Positions 54,361-64,000 of a DNA stretch of 64,000 nt are shown here, piece after piece. The notes under the pieces were generated by a model. The model was not told the origin of the DNA. It searched no databases and saw only the letters and a list, made by a program, of their open reading frames with translations. Numbering within the stretch: position 1 is the stretch's first letter; each line of letters opens with the position of its first letter. The stretch is from an uncultured Aminicenantes bacterium (GTDB taxonomy: Bacteria; Acidobacteriota; Aminicenantia; UBA2199). Location: the NCBI GenBank assembly GCA_965195285.1, contig CBDAFS010000062.1, positions 139,165 to 203,164 of the forward strand, given 5' to 3'. The translations under genes and the position numbers were made by a program.

Positions 54361-57300
54361 TCAGTTCAGGGATTTCAGGTTCTGATTGACCAGCTCCAGC
54401 TGGGATTTGATTTCCATGATTCGTTTCTGCTCATTCTCTACCACCCGGGCAGGGGCCTTCCGGATAAAATTGGAATTGGATAATTTCCGCTTGATGTTTT
54501 CCAGATTAGCCTCCAGCTGGGTTTTCTGTTTTTCCAGCTTGGCCTTTTCTTTAGCCGGATCCAGTATGCCGACCAGATAGATTTCCATATCCCCTTCCAC
54601 CTGAAGGGCTGAGAGAGCCGGGCGGTCCACATCCGATCCCACCTTCAATGATTTCAGGGCCGCCAGGTTCTGGATCAAATCATGCATCTTCCTGATACCA
54701 TCTGCTTGCAGTTTTCTGGCTTTAATAACCGCTTCGATCTTTTTCGAGGGAGAAACCTGGTAACGGACTCTCAAATTGCGAATGGAGCGAATCACCTGCT
54801 GTACCTGCTTGAATTCCCCTTCTATTTTTTCATTTTGGAAATGTTCATGGGATCCCGGCCAGGATGAAGAGATCAACAAATCTTCCCTGACCAGCTCTTC
54901 TTCCAGGCCACGCACCGGGGCCAGCTCATTCAGCATCTCCCACAAGGCTTCGGTAATGAAAGGTACAAAGGGATGCAACAGCCTCAATACCTGGTCAATG
55001 GCAAAAGCCAGAACCGTCCGAGCAACGCGGGCGCTCTCCGGGTTCCAGAGGCGGGATTTAATGAACTCGAGGTACCAGTCACACAGTTCGGCCCAGAAAA
55101 ATTCACGGGCTATACCGATGGCAGCCGAAGGATTGTACTGCTGGAGCTGGCGGGTTACCGCTTCAATGGCTCTTGACAACCTGGACAGTATCCATTGGTC
55201 CTCGGGCTCGAGATCCCCGGATTTTATTTTATGGTACTCATACTGATCCAGGTTCATCAGGGCAAAACGGGTTGCGTTCCACAGCTTGGTGCAGAAAGCA
55301 CGACCGACATTAATTCGGTCACTGGTGACCCTGGACTTGGGTAATTCCTTTATGGTGCCCAACACATCGAATTCCTTTTGAGTCTCCGGACAGATATAGG
55401 TGAATATGGTTCGGCCATGACTGGCTGTGGTCAGATCCACCCGGTTTCCGGTAAAAGGTGAAATGGCCTGGACCGGGAGCCGAATATCCTGGATTCCGGT
55501 CTGCATATCGCAAAGCACATAGCGCATGGCATCAGCACCGTATTCTTCGACAATATCATTGGGATCAATGCCATTGCCTTTGCTCTTGCTCATCCTTTCT
55601 CCCTTGCCATCCTGAATGGTGGCATGAATAAAACAATCGGTAAAAGGAACATCCCCTATGAGATAAAGTCCCATGATCAGCATCCGGACCACCCAGAGTG
55701 TGATGATACCCCGGTCAGTAACCAGACAGGAACCGGGATAATAATAATCCAAGTAATCCGGTTTTCCCTCACGCTTTCCCAGGGGCCTTTTCCCCGGCCC
55801 CACTTCTGCATTTTCCGGGTCGGGCCATCCCAGAGTACTGAATGGCCACAGGGCGCTGGAAAACCAGGTGTCCAGCACATCAGGATCCCGGATCAACCCT
55901 TCGGCCTCGAGAAGCGGTCCCAGCTCGGCCTCAGCTTCCCGGCTTCGTATACATACCAGTATATTAAACGGACCGGTTCCCTCTATCTGTCCGGGAGATT
56001 TCAAGATTTCTTCCTCATCGATAATCCAGCTCCAGAGCCGGTCCTCGGTTTCCTGAAACATCAAGCTATTCAATTTATCCAGCTGGTCTCGGTTTATGCT
56101 TCCCTGCCATATCGGGATTTGATGCCCCCACCACAACTGACGACTGATACACCAGTCTCTCTTCTCAGCCAACCAGTTTTTATAAGTGCTGGCATATCGC
56201 TCCGGATCGGGGTGAAAGGTCAGATGTCGACCGCCGGGAGACTTCCATTCCGGGTTCACCGCATCAATGGCCGCCTGGGCCAGGCCCGGGGAAGTGAATT
56301 CATTGTTGGTTCCGACCCCGAACCGAAGGCCCCCGTTTATATCACCCATTTTGATGAACCACTGCTTGGACAAATACAATTCAATGGGGGTTTTGGAACG
56401 GTCCGAATGCCCGATTTCAATTTCCCGGTCCTCAATATTATCCAGTAAATTCCGGTTTTTCAAATCCTTTAAAACCCGCTCCCGAACCAGAAACCGATCC
56501 AGTCCGTTATAGGGTCCGGCATTTTCATTATAGGTGCCGTCCGGGTTAAGCAGGTTGATAATATCGATCTCCTGGCAGTGCCTGAGCCATACCTCATAAT
56601 CATTGGCATCATGGGCAGGGGTGATTTTTACACACCCGGATCCCAGTTCAGGTTTGGCCCATTCATCCAGTATCAGGGGGATTTTGCGTTCCAAAAGAGG
56701 CAACATAACCATCCGCTGTTGTCTGGCCATTTCCACCAGTTTCAACAATCGGGGCAGGTGGATCTTAAAACGGTTTTTTAGCTGCTCCAGTTCCAGCTCG
56801 ATTCCCGGCCGGTCCTTCTTGGAAGCCAGGTTCAACTTCTCCTCGATCTCCTTTACGACCTCATTCAAAGCCCTTTCAGGATCCGGATGCACCGCAACCG
56901 CCGTATCACCTAACATGGTTTCCGGCCGGGTGGTGGCCACAACCACAAACGCCGGCTCATCTGGTTTGGCATCGGCTATTGGATAGCGAATATGCCAAAA
57001 ATGCCCGTTGATGGTTTCATGCACAATCTCATCATCGGATATGGCGGTTTGCAAATGACAATCCCAGTTTACCAGACGGTTGCCCCGAAAAATCAGGCCG
57101 TCCTTGAAGAATCGGAAAAATGCCTCCCTCACTGCCCGGGTACAGACCTCATCCATGGTAAAGCGGTGCAATTTCCAATCACAGGAACAACCCATACCCT
57201 GCTGCTGGTTGATGATTCGGGTTAAATACTCGTCCTTCCAGGCCAAGATTCTATCAATCAAACCCTGCCGCCCGATATCGTGCCGGGTTTTGCCCTCGAG

Positions 57301-57600
57301 TTCAAATAAGCGTTTTTCCACAACGGCCTGGGTGGCAATTCCGGCATGATCGGCCCCGGGCATCCACAGCGTATTATCCCCTAACATCCGATGCCAGCGG
57401 ATCAACAGGTCCTGCATCACATTATCAATGGCATGGCCCATATGCAGGGCACCGGTTATATTGGGCAAGGGCATCATGATGACATAACGATTCTGACGTT
57501 TATCCGGAATAGCTGACATGGAATCCTTTTTCAGCCAGCGTTTATAGACGCTCTTCTGGACTTTGGAAAAATCATAGTGTTTAGACAATTTTTTGGTCAT
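54361..57600 (-). CDS. valS: Valine-tRNA ligase with extra insertions
   Basis: HMGH, DHAGIATQ, TTRPET, DWCISRQLWWGH, RMSKSKGN, C-terminal coiled coil. Confidence 0.96.
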   Translation of the reverse strand: MTKKLSKHYDFSKVQKSVYKRWLKKDSMSAIPDKRQNRYVIMMPLPNITGALHMGHAIDNVMQDLLIRWHRMLGDNTLWMPGADHAGIATQAVVEKRLFELEGKTRHDIGRQGLIDRILAWKDEYLTRIINQQQGMGCSCDWKLHRFTMDEVCTRAVREAFFRFFKDGLIFRGNRLVNWDCHLQTAISDDEIVHETINGHFWHIRYPIADAKPDEPAFVVVATTRPETMLGDTAVAVHPDPERALNEVVKEIEEKLNLASKKDRPGIELELEQLKNRFKIHLPRLLKLVEMARQQRMVMLPLLERKIPLILDEWAKPELGSGCVKITPAHDANDYEVWLRHCQEIDIINLLNPDGTYNENAGPYNGLDRFLVRERVLKDLKNRNLLDNIEDREIEIGHSDRSKTPIELYLSKQWFIKMGDINGGLRFGVGTNNEFTSPGLAQAAIDAVNPEWKSPGGRHLTFHPDPERYASTYKNWLAEKRDWCISRQLWWGHQIPIWQGSINRDQLDKLNSLMFQETEDRLWSWIIDEEEILKSPGQIEGTGPFNILVCIRSREAEAELGPLLEAEGLIRDPDVLDTWFSSALWPFSTLGWPDPENAEVGPGKRPLGKREGKPDYLDYYYPGSCLVTDRGIITLWVVRMLIMGLYLIGDVPFTDCFIHATIQDGKGERMSKSKGNGIDPNDIVEEYGADAMRYVLCDMQTGIQDIRLPVQAISPFTGNRVDLTTASHGRTIFTYICPETQKEFDVLGTIKELPKSRVTSDRINVGRAFCTKLWNATRFALMNLDQYEYHKIKSGDLEPEDQWILSRLSRAIEAVTRQLQQYNPSAAIGIAREFFWAELCDWYLEFIKSRLWNPESARVARTVLAFAIDQVLRLLHPFVPFITEALWEMLNELAPVRGLEEELVREDLLISSSWPGSHEHFQNEKIEGEFKQVQQVIRSIRNLRVRYQVSPSKKIEAVIKARKLQADGIRKMHDLIQNLAALKSLKVGSDVDRPALSALQVEGDMEIYLVGILDPAKEKAKLEKQKTQLEANLENIKRKLSNSNFIRKAPARVVENEQKRIMEIKSQLELVNQNLKSLN

Positions 57601-57712
57601 TTTACATTCTCAATTTTCGAATATATCACCCGGTATTAATATCAACGCAACGTGTTCTGGAGATAAACCCAAAAGGTATTTTAAATGAAACTACCATTTA
57701 TTGCAAGCAGTC

Positions 57713-57757
57713 GGGGACGGTCTTTGTTTTCATCCCTGGCCAAAACACCCGCCCTAC
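57713..57757 (+). repeat. REP-like GGGGACGG element
   Basis: GGGGACGGTCTTT is the exact reverse complement of 63705-63717; imperfect hairpin with downstream AAAACACCCGCCC. Confidence 0.45.
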
Positions 57758-57801
57758 CCGGTTGACAAACAGGCCAAAACCGAATAGCCAAGACCATCGG
57801 A

Positions 57802-58206
57802 TTATTTTCGGAAAATATCAAGAAATACTGCAGGTGAAACAATCCTAATATTCAAATAGTTTTTTATTTCTTTTAAAACGTTATCTCCGGTAATTATGTA
57901 TTCGGTTTTTAATTTTACCCCGCACTCGATGAATTTATTATCATCCGGATCTTTTTCAACAACATGTAAAATAGGCGTAGTTCTGGTAAACAGGATATGC
58001 ACTCCTCCTGATAAAAGCCCTAACAGATCTTCAACCTCGGGAACCTCCGGGCCCAGCAACCGGTATAATACCTCAATATACTCGTCGATTATTTCAGCGC
58101 TCAGACAAAGACTGATCTCCCCGTGTTTCCACAGATCAATGATTCTTCCGGGCTTTCCTCCGAAAAAAGATGATACAAAAACATTGGTATCAATCACCAC
58201 TCTCAT
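57802..58206 (-). CDS. PIN-domain toxin (PIN_3/VapC-like)
   Basis: MRVVIDTNV, DPDDNKF, ITGD; ATGA overlap with antitoxin. Confidence 0.9.
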   Translation of the reverse strand: MRVVIDTNVFVSSFFGGKPGRIIDLWKHGEISLCLSAEIIDEYIEVLYRLLGPEVPEVEDLLGLLSGGVHILFTRTTPILHVVEKDPDDNKFIECGVKLKTEYIITGDNVLKEIKNYLNIRIVSPAVFLDIFRK

Positions 58207-58454
58207 GATTTTTTGCTTCTCACCTGCTTGATGGCTGTTTTTATATCGCCGGGTTTTATATTTTTTTTCTTGAGTTTCTGACCGATTCGATTCCACAAAT
58301 CATCAATATAACCGGATATATCCCGGTCCCTAATATAATCCTCAATGATCTCCCTCAACATTTGACTGGTGTTTTTACCCTGATTCCGGGCCAATTGATT
58401 CAGTTTATTCTTTATTTCCGGATCGATCCGTATCAGCATTTGAATCGACATCAT
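58203..58454 (-). CDS. Ribbon-helix-helix antitoxin
   Basis: QMLIRIDPE..SQMLREII; GGAGG SD; upstream of PIN gene. Confidence 0.85.
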   Translation of the reverse strand: MMSIQMLIRIDPEIKNKLNQLARNQGKNTSQMLREIIEDYIRDRDISGYIDDLWNRIGQKLKKKNIKPGDIKTAIKQVRSKKS

Positions 58455-58467
58455 TCACCTCCGATAC

Positions 58468-58501
58468 ATATCATATATATTATATATATCATTTCTGTCA
58501 A
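58468..58501 (-). promoter_or_regulatory. TA promoter with AT-rich operator-like repeats
   Basis: TTGACA followed by TGATATATATAATATATATGATAT. Confidence 0.5.
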
Positions 58502-58640
58502 CATGTCAACTTTAAAAAATTACCCCACCTTACAAAACCATATTTTTCAACAAATGTAGGGTAAAATTTTCCTTAGAAATGCAGGATGATGTTGTGAAGG
58601 AACGTAAATGGGGGCATGGGCATCATCACCCGCCATTAAA

Positions 58641-58665
58641 GGAACAGGCATGCCTGCTCCCTACA
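58641..58665 (-). repeat. GTAG-type REP-like palindrome
   Basis: GGAACAGGCA/TGCCTGCTCC inverted repeat followed by CTACA. Confidence 0.5.
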
Positions 58666-58740
58666 TAAAATATCTCTATTGACATATCTTTACTGTTTCT
58701 TTAAAATTTGATTTAAATAACAGGAGAGATTCCCATAACT

Positions 58741-61644
58741 ATGGAAAACCAGAACATCACCGGACTCAGACAATTAATCGACCTTTTTCAACACAACCTC
58801 AAGCAGTACAAGGGAAAACACTACGATGAGGCCAAAGCCCGGGCCGATTTTATCGACAAATTCTTCGAGCTCTTGGGCTGGGATGTTTACAACAAGAACG
58901 GGTATTCCGAGCAGTACCGGGATGTGGTGAGGGAAGATAAGGTTGAAATCAAAGGAAAAGTTAAAGCACCGGATTATTGTTTCCGTATCGGTGGGGTACG
59001 CAAGTTTTTTGTGGAGGCGAAGAAACCGGCCATTGACATCAAACACGATATCGAACCGGCCTTCCAGCTGAGACGCTATGCCTATACGGCTAGGCTTCCC
59101 CTGTCCATCCTCACCGACTTTGAGGAGTTTGCGGTTTACGACACCCGCATCAAGCCGGATAAACGCGACCGGGCCTCGACGGCCCGGATTTTTTACTGCA
59201 CCCATGAAGAATATGAAAAGGAGTTTGATTTCATCTCCAAAACCTTTTCCCGGGAAGCCATATTAAAAGGAAGTTTTGATCAATACATCGAAGATACCAA
59301 ACGAAAAAGGGGTACTTCAGAGGTTGATAAAGAATTTCTGAAACTGATCGAACAGTGGCGGGAAAATTTAGCTAAAAATATTGCTTTAAGAAATAAAAAA
59401 TTATCAATTTATGAACTTAATTATGCGGTTCAGAAGATCATTGACCGGATCATATTTTTGAGAATTGCCGAAGACCGGCAAATCGAAGATTACGGTCGGA
59501 TTCAAAAACTGAGTGAAAGCAAAACAACAATTTATCCGGAATTAGTCAAATTATTTCTGCAGGCGGATGTGAAATACGATTCCGGTCTCTTTGATTTCCA
59601 GGCCGATCAGATCACCCCCGGTCTCAAAATTGACGATAAAATTTTGAAAGACATCTTCAAATCACTGTACTATCCGGACTCTCCCTACGAGTTTTCGGTT
59701 TTTGATGTGGAGATATTGGGAAATATCTATGAACAGTTCTTAGGCAAAACCATCCGATTGACCCCCGGCCACCAGGCCAAGGTTGAAGATAAACCGGAAG
59801 TGAAAAAGGCCGGAGGCGTTTATTACACTCCCAAGTACATTGTGGATTACATTGTAAAAAATACAGTTGGAGAAAAGATAAAAAACAAAATACCTGACCA
59901 AATTTCTAAATTAAAAATATGTGATCCGGCCTGCGGCAGCGGTTCCTTTTTATTGGGTGCTTACCAGACCCTGATGGATCATCACCTGGACTATTACACC
60001 AAAGAGAAGAATCTAAAAAAGGCTTTAAAAGAAAATAAGATATATCAACTAAAAGAGAATGAATACCGGCTGACCATCGAAGAAAAACATGGTATTTTAT
60101 TGAACAATATTTTCGGAGTGGACATCGATTCCCAGGCGGTAGAAGTTACTAAACTTTCTCTGCTTCTGAAACTCATGGAAGGCGAATCCCAGGAATCCAC
60201 CGGTTTGCTTTTCAAATTTTCAGACATCAAACTCCTTCCCGATCTTTCCGACAACATCAAGTGTGGCAATTCCTTAATTGGTTCCGACTTTTACGAAACC
60301 GGCCAGATGAATCTCTTCCAGGACGAAGAAACCACCCGCCGCATCAATGTCTTCGACTGGCCCCAAGAATTCCCCGACATCTTCAAATCCGGCGGCTTCG
60401 ACATAATAATCGGAAATCCACCGTATACATTAATAGGCTCAGATAGAAAAGAAGAACAGTTATATTTTTTAAAATTGTATAAAATGACTTCTTATAAAAT
60501 AAATTCTTATTTATTATTTTTAGAAAAAGGTTTAAGTGTATTAAATGATAATAATTCATATTTAGGATATATAATTACCAAATCTCTTATTTTTAATACA
60601 TATTTTGCAAAAACTCGAAAAATGTTACTAGAAAATTACGTAATCAATGAAATAATTGAAATTAAAGATAAAGTATTTACTAATGCTGAGGTTGGGGATA
60701 GCATTTTGTTTTTTGTAGGGAAATCAAAAAAATTAAGAACTCAAAAATTCCTTTATTATAAAGTCAAGAACATCTTTCCTAAGTTTAGAATTTTAAATAA
60801 ATATGAGAGTTATCAAAATGATTTACTTGACTCAAAAAATATTTCTTTTTATAACGATATTGTTAAATTTGAAGCCAAAACAATTCAATTAAATGAAATC
60901 TGTAAAATATCAAATGGATTGAATCCTGGCAATGTAAGACATATTCTTTTTTCAAACAAACAAATCAACGAAAATTATAAAAAATTATTACTAGGAAGAG
61001 ATATTAATAAATACTCAATAAGTTGGTCTGGAACTTGGGTTAACTATGATACAAATTTGAAACAAAAAATATCAATAAAAGATATCAAATCAAAAAAAGG
61101 TATGAATCCTCAAAAAAAAATTGATTTTGCATTAAGAGATCCAAAAATTTTTAAATCCGATAAAATTCTTATAAGAAAGACTGCTGATAAAATAATTACA
61201 TGTTATGACAGTTATGGATATTATTTTGATTCACTTTCATATGGAATTCAACTAAATGAAAATATATATTATTCTATACTCTATATTTTAGCTTTATTAA
61301 ATTCAAAGTTGATAAATAGTATTCACGCAGGGATTTCAAAGAACAAAGAAAAAGTCTTTGCAAAAGTGTTAGCTACAAATTTAAAATTAATTCCAATAAG
61401 AGAGATAGATTTTTCAAATAAAAAAGATGTTTATAATCATAATAAAATCGTCTCAATGGTTGAACAAATGCTTAAAATTCAGAAAAAATATCATAATGCC
61501 AAAACAGAAAATGAAATAAAGATGTTTAAAAAACAAATTGATATACTAGATAATCAAATAGACCAATTGGTTTATAAATTGTATGGATTGACGGAGGAAG
61601 AGATAAGAGTCGTTGAGGATTCATTAAAAAGTAATAAGGAGTAA
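58741..61644 (+). CDS. Type IIG restriction-modification enzyme (Eco57I-like: REase-MTase-TRD fusion)
   Basis: PDY..VEAKK nuclease, GGVYYTP, DPACGSGSFL (motif I), GNPPY (motif IV), TaqI_C-like TRD, IDQLVYKLYGLTEEEI end; TTGACA-N17-TAAAAT promoter. Confidence 0.92.
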   Translation: MENQNITGLRQLIDLFQHNLKQYKGKHYDEAKARADFIDKFFELLGWDVYNKNGYSEQYRDVVREDKVEIKGKVKAPDYCFRIGGVRKFFVEAKKPAIDIKHDIEPAFQLRRYAYTARLPLSILTDFEEFAVYDTRIKPDKRDRASTARIFYCTHEEYEKEFDFISKTFSREAILKGSFDQYIEDTKRKRGTSEVDKEFLKLIEQWRENLAKNIALRNKKLSIYELNYAVQKIIDRIIFLRIAEDRQIEDYGRIQKLSESKTTIYPELVKLFLQADVKYDSGLFDFQADQITPGLKIDDKILKDIFKSLYYPDSPYEFSVFDVEILGNIYEQFLGKTIRLTPGHQAKVEDKPEVKKAGGVYYTPKYIVDYIVKNTVGEKIKNKIPDQISKLKICDPACGSGSFLLGAYQTLMDHHLDYYTKEKNLKKALKENKIYQLKENEYRLTIEEKHGILLNNIFGVDIDSQAVEVTKLSLLLKLMEGESQESTGLLFKFSDIKLLPDLSDNIKCGNSLIGSDFYETGQMNLFQDEETTRRINVFDWPQEFPDIFKSGGFDIIIGNPPYTLIGSDRKEEQLYFLKLYKMTSYKINSYLLFLEKGLSVLNDNNSYLGYIITKSLIFNTYFAKTRKMLLENYVINEIIEIKDKVFTNAEVGDSILFFVGKSKKLRTQKFLYYKVKNIFPKFRILNKYESYQNDLLDSKNISFYNDIVKFEAKTIQLNEICKISNGLNPGNVRHILFSNKQINENYKKLLLGRDINKYSISWSGTWVNYDTNLKQKISIKDIKSKKGMNPQKKIDFALRDPKIFKSDKILIRKTADKIITCYDSYGYYFDSLSYGIQLNENIYYSILYILALLNSKLINSIHAGISKNKEKVFAKVLATNLKLIPIREIDFSNKKDVYNHNKIVSMVEQMLKIQKKYHNAKTENEIKMFKKQIDILDNQIDQLVYKLYGLTEEEIRVVEDSLKSNKE

Positions 61645-61646
61645 TT

Positions 61647-63362
61647 TTGGGTATTATAGAAAGTATAATTGGCGCATTAATAGTTATAATAATCGGTGCA
61701 ATATCTAAAAAATTAATACTTCCAAAACGTTGGCTAGCTGTTTTTTTGGCTGCCTTAGGAATTCTGTTAATTGTTATCTTCAAAGCAAATGTCTATTTTA
61801 TTCTATTGATACCTATTGCTTTATGGTTAGTATTAATCCTATTTGAAGTGGTTGGCGACGAAGCTTGGTTTGAAGGAAAAGTATGGGGCGGCAAACTGAA
61901 ACTGGGAGGCACTATTGCTGTATTCATACTAATTATGGTTATGGGCATTAAATTGATTCCAGATTTTTGGCAGGCTCAAGATGCTGTTTTAAAAGGGATA
62001 GTTACTATGCAAAATACTGGAAATTCTATACAAGGAGCAAATGTAAATTCAGTTTCAGTAGCAAATCCTGATACAACAGGTGAGTTTGGAAAATTTGAAT
62101 TGAATTTTTTAAACAAAAATATAGGTGATATGGTGAAATTGATCGCTGTAAAGAAGGGTTTGGAAATGGTTGATCCAGATAAATTGCGATTTGCTATTAG
62201 GAAGAATCCGGATGAATATGTACGGATTGTCATGCGTAGAGAAGGATATGGAAAAAAATATGAGAAGGCATATATCTCTATTGCTATCCAGAATATCAAA
62301 AGAAATTATGAAATTGCAAAAAAGGAAAAAAGTAAAGACATTGCAATTTTGACAAAACAGAGAGATGCTGCTTTAGTCCAGGTCAAAAATACGGCTAAAA
62401 CTTTTGCGAATATAGATCTTTCCCAAGCATCTGAACTTTACAATAAAGCGTTTAATCTTTTTAGAAATGGAAAAACCGATGAAGCATTAAATATTTTGGA
62501 TGATGCCAGAATTGATAAAGAAGTCAATGAAATTGAGGATCGTAAAAGGCAAATTACAGAAATTTATATACTAAAAGCTCAATTATATACAACCAAACTG
62601 AAATTCAAGAAAGCATTAGAAAGCTATATGGAAGCTGAAGCTCTTAACCCTGAAAATATATTTATTTTAATTAATATTGGAAATGTATATGATATTCTTG
62701 GTAGATATAAAGAAGCGAAGGATTATAAAGAGAGAGCTTTACCCATAGCTCAAAAATTATATGGGGAAAAAAATCCATTAGTAGCAATAATACATAACAA
62801 CATTGGTGTATCTTGGCAATATTTAGGAGATTCTACAAAAGCACTTCTTGAATTTTCAAAATCCTTTGCCATAGATTTGAAAGAATATGGAAAAGACCAT
62901 CCTTCTGTTGCCAGGGATTTGAACAACTTGGGTGAAGTCTGGATTACTCTTGGAAATTCTACTAGAGCGATAGAATATTTTGAGAAAGCTTTACCTATAG
63001 CTCAAAAATTTTATTATCATCGGATAGTAACTGCAATATATAACAACCTAGGTAAAGCTTGGAGGAATCTTGATGATAATAAAAAAGCAATATATTATTA
63101 TGATAAAGCTTTATCTATAGCACAGAGGATATATAGTGAAGAACATTTTTTAATTGCAACATACATGAATAACTTAGGTGATTTGTATGTATATGTTGGT
63201 GAATATGACAGAGGAATTGAATATTTGAAGAAAGCATTAACAACATGTGAAAGGATATTGGGAGAAGACCATCCAGAAACAAAAATTGTGAGAAAGAATT
63301 TTTTTAGAGCAAATTTTGCTAAATTTTTGCATTCAAAAAAAAAGAAGGGGGACGGTGGCTGA
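61647..63362 (+). CDS. Membrane-anchored TPR protein (N-terminal TMs, Ig-like domain, 42-aa TPRs)
   Basis: Hydrophobic N-terminus; NNLG..GEDHP-type repeats; TTG start with AAGGAG SD. Confidence 0.8.
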   Translation: MGIIESIIGALIVIIIGAISKKLILPKRWLAVFLAALGILLIVIFKANVYFILLIPIALWLVLILFEVVGDEAWFEGKVWGGKLKLGGTIAVFILIMVMGIKLIPDFWQAQDAVLKGIVTMQNTGNSIQGANVNSVSVANPDTTGEFGKFELNFLNKNIGDMVKLIAVKKGLEMVDPDKLRFAIRKNPDEYVRIVMRREGYGKKYEKAYISIAIQNIKRNYEIAKKEKSKDIAILTKQRDAALVQVKNTAKTFANIDLSQASELYNKAFNLFRNGKTDEALNILDDARIDKEVNEIEDRKRQITEIYILKAQLYTTKLKFKKALESYMEAEALNPENIFILINIGNVYDILGRYKEAKDYKERALPIAQKLYGEKNPLVAIIHNNIGVSWQYLGDSTKALLEFSKSFAIDLKEYGKDHPSVARDLNNLGEVWITLGNSTRAIEYFEKALPIAQKFYYHRIVTAIYNNLGKAWRNLDDNKKAIYYYDKALSIAQRIYSEEHFLIATYMNNLGDLYVYVGEYDRGIEYLKKALTTCERILGEDHPETKIVRKNFFRANFAKFLHSKKKKGDGG

Positions 63363-63549
63363 AATCTTGAAAACTTTTTTGAAAAAGTGTATCTGTGCTT
63401 GACAGTGTGACAATTTAAAGAAAAACCGTACTCGGTGTGTAGAAACGTAGAAATAGATTCTTTAAAGGAGTGGGGATGGAGCATTGAAACCTGGAAATTT
63501 GATTAAAATAAAAAAAAGGCCTGTTTGCATATTGGCACCCACTGTCCCC
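63348..63549. repeat. REP doublet / MITE-like element bounded by inverted GGGGACRGTGG
   Basis: GGGGACGGTGG (63348-63358) and CCACTGTCCCC (63539-63549), 10/11 inverted match. Confidence 0.45.
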
Positions 63550-63647
63550 AATTTTTCTGGTTTTACCCCCAAGAGAATAAATAAATAATCCAATCCTCTG
63601 TCTTCCAATCATTAACTAAGGAATCAGAATGGATTGGGAGAAAGGTT

Positions 63648-64000
63648 TCATTGAACAATGTCACACTGGATTACTACAAACAATAGAAAAAAATCAAAAA
63701 TCCAAAAGACCGTCCCCCAACCATTGCCCGCTTCCCCATTTAGGAAATTATTTTTTTCTGCCCCTTTATCCTTAAATTTTAGGGATTGATAGAAATTCTT
63801 TGCATCTAAATTAATAATAAGCTTCATCCCTTTTGACAAGAAGATATCGGCTTCATTGACATGAATCAGCTTATGGTATCCTTCATATCCAACATGTATA
63901 ACTTGGTTAAAACTCCCCTTTGAATCCAAGGTAATATCATTATCTGCTATTCTGATTGAATCATAAATGGGGTTTACAACTGTCCCGGAAACCTTTATAT
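63648..64000 (-). pseudogene. Truncated gene fragment resembling the N-terminal domain of TlpA-type lipoproteins; runs off the window
   Basis: Frame open to window end (IKVSGTVVNP...FKDKGAEKNNFL), then reads into a REP-like GGGGACGG sequence and stops. Confidence 0.4.

Noticed and set aside
55624-56448. 274-aa antisense ORF inside valS
   Set aside because: Codon-mirror shadow ORF without domain features
57601-57801. Possible T-box upstream of valS
   Set aside because: No T-box antiterminator consensus or stem I visible
58207-58296. N-terminal extension of the PIN ORF
   Set aside because: Lies within the antitoxin gene; the PIN motif starts at ATG 58206
1-64000. tRNA/rRNA, CRISPR arrays, IS transposases, selenoprotein read-through, inteins
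   Set aside because: None recognised by eye; tRNAscan-SE, Infernal and ISEScan would be needed to exclude them formally

Overview
This is a gene-dense bacterial chromosomal segment with about 53 CDSs and no rRNA, tRNA or CRISPR array that I could detect. Gene content (GWxTD lipoprotein, sulfatase-like/TPR proteins, secreted beta-propeller, CarboxypepD_reg-TPR) suggests an anaerobic diderm such as Ca. Aminicenantia (Acidobacteriota); this is inference only. Housekeeping genes include alaS, valS, cca, coaD, nnr-tsaE, a cysteine desulfurase, pilT, thioredoxins, larB and amrS. The best candidate for an undescribed system is a tightly coupled 4-gene operon at 1019-6157. It encodes two large AlkP-superfamily phosphodiesterase-like paralogs (one membrane-anchored, one with a Tat signal), a tiny RHH protein ending in the 'LxxLGY' tail that both enzymes lack, and a membrane protein with archaeal/eukaryotic DUF106/EMC3/TMCO1 (Oxa1-superfamily) features plus an extra periplasmic domain. 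Other highlights are a probable arginine synthetase-carbamate kinase pair followed by a 750-aa orphan, a split dCMP deaminase/P-loop kinase pair beside coaD, tandem NrdR-like boxes upstream of trx-amrS, a sigma-54 promoter, and several apparently leaderless genes. At the right end, a defence/HGT island (PIN-RHH toxin-antitoxin pair, type IIG R-M gene with an AT-rich swapped specificity half, membrane TPR protein) is flanked by REP-like GGGGACRG elements. All calls come from reading motifs by eye; no database searches were run.
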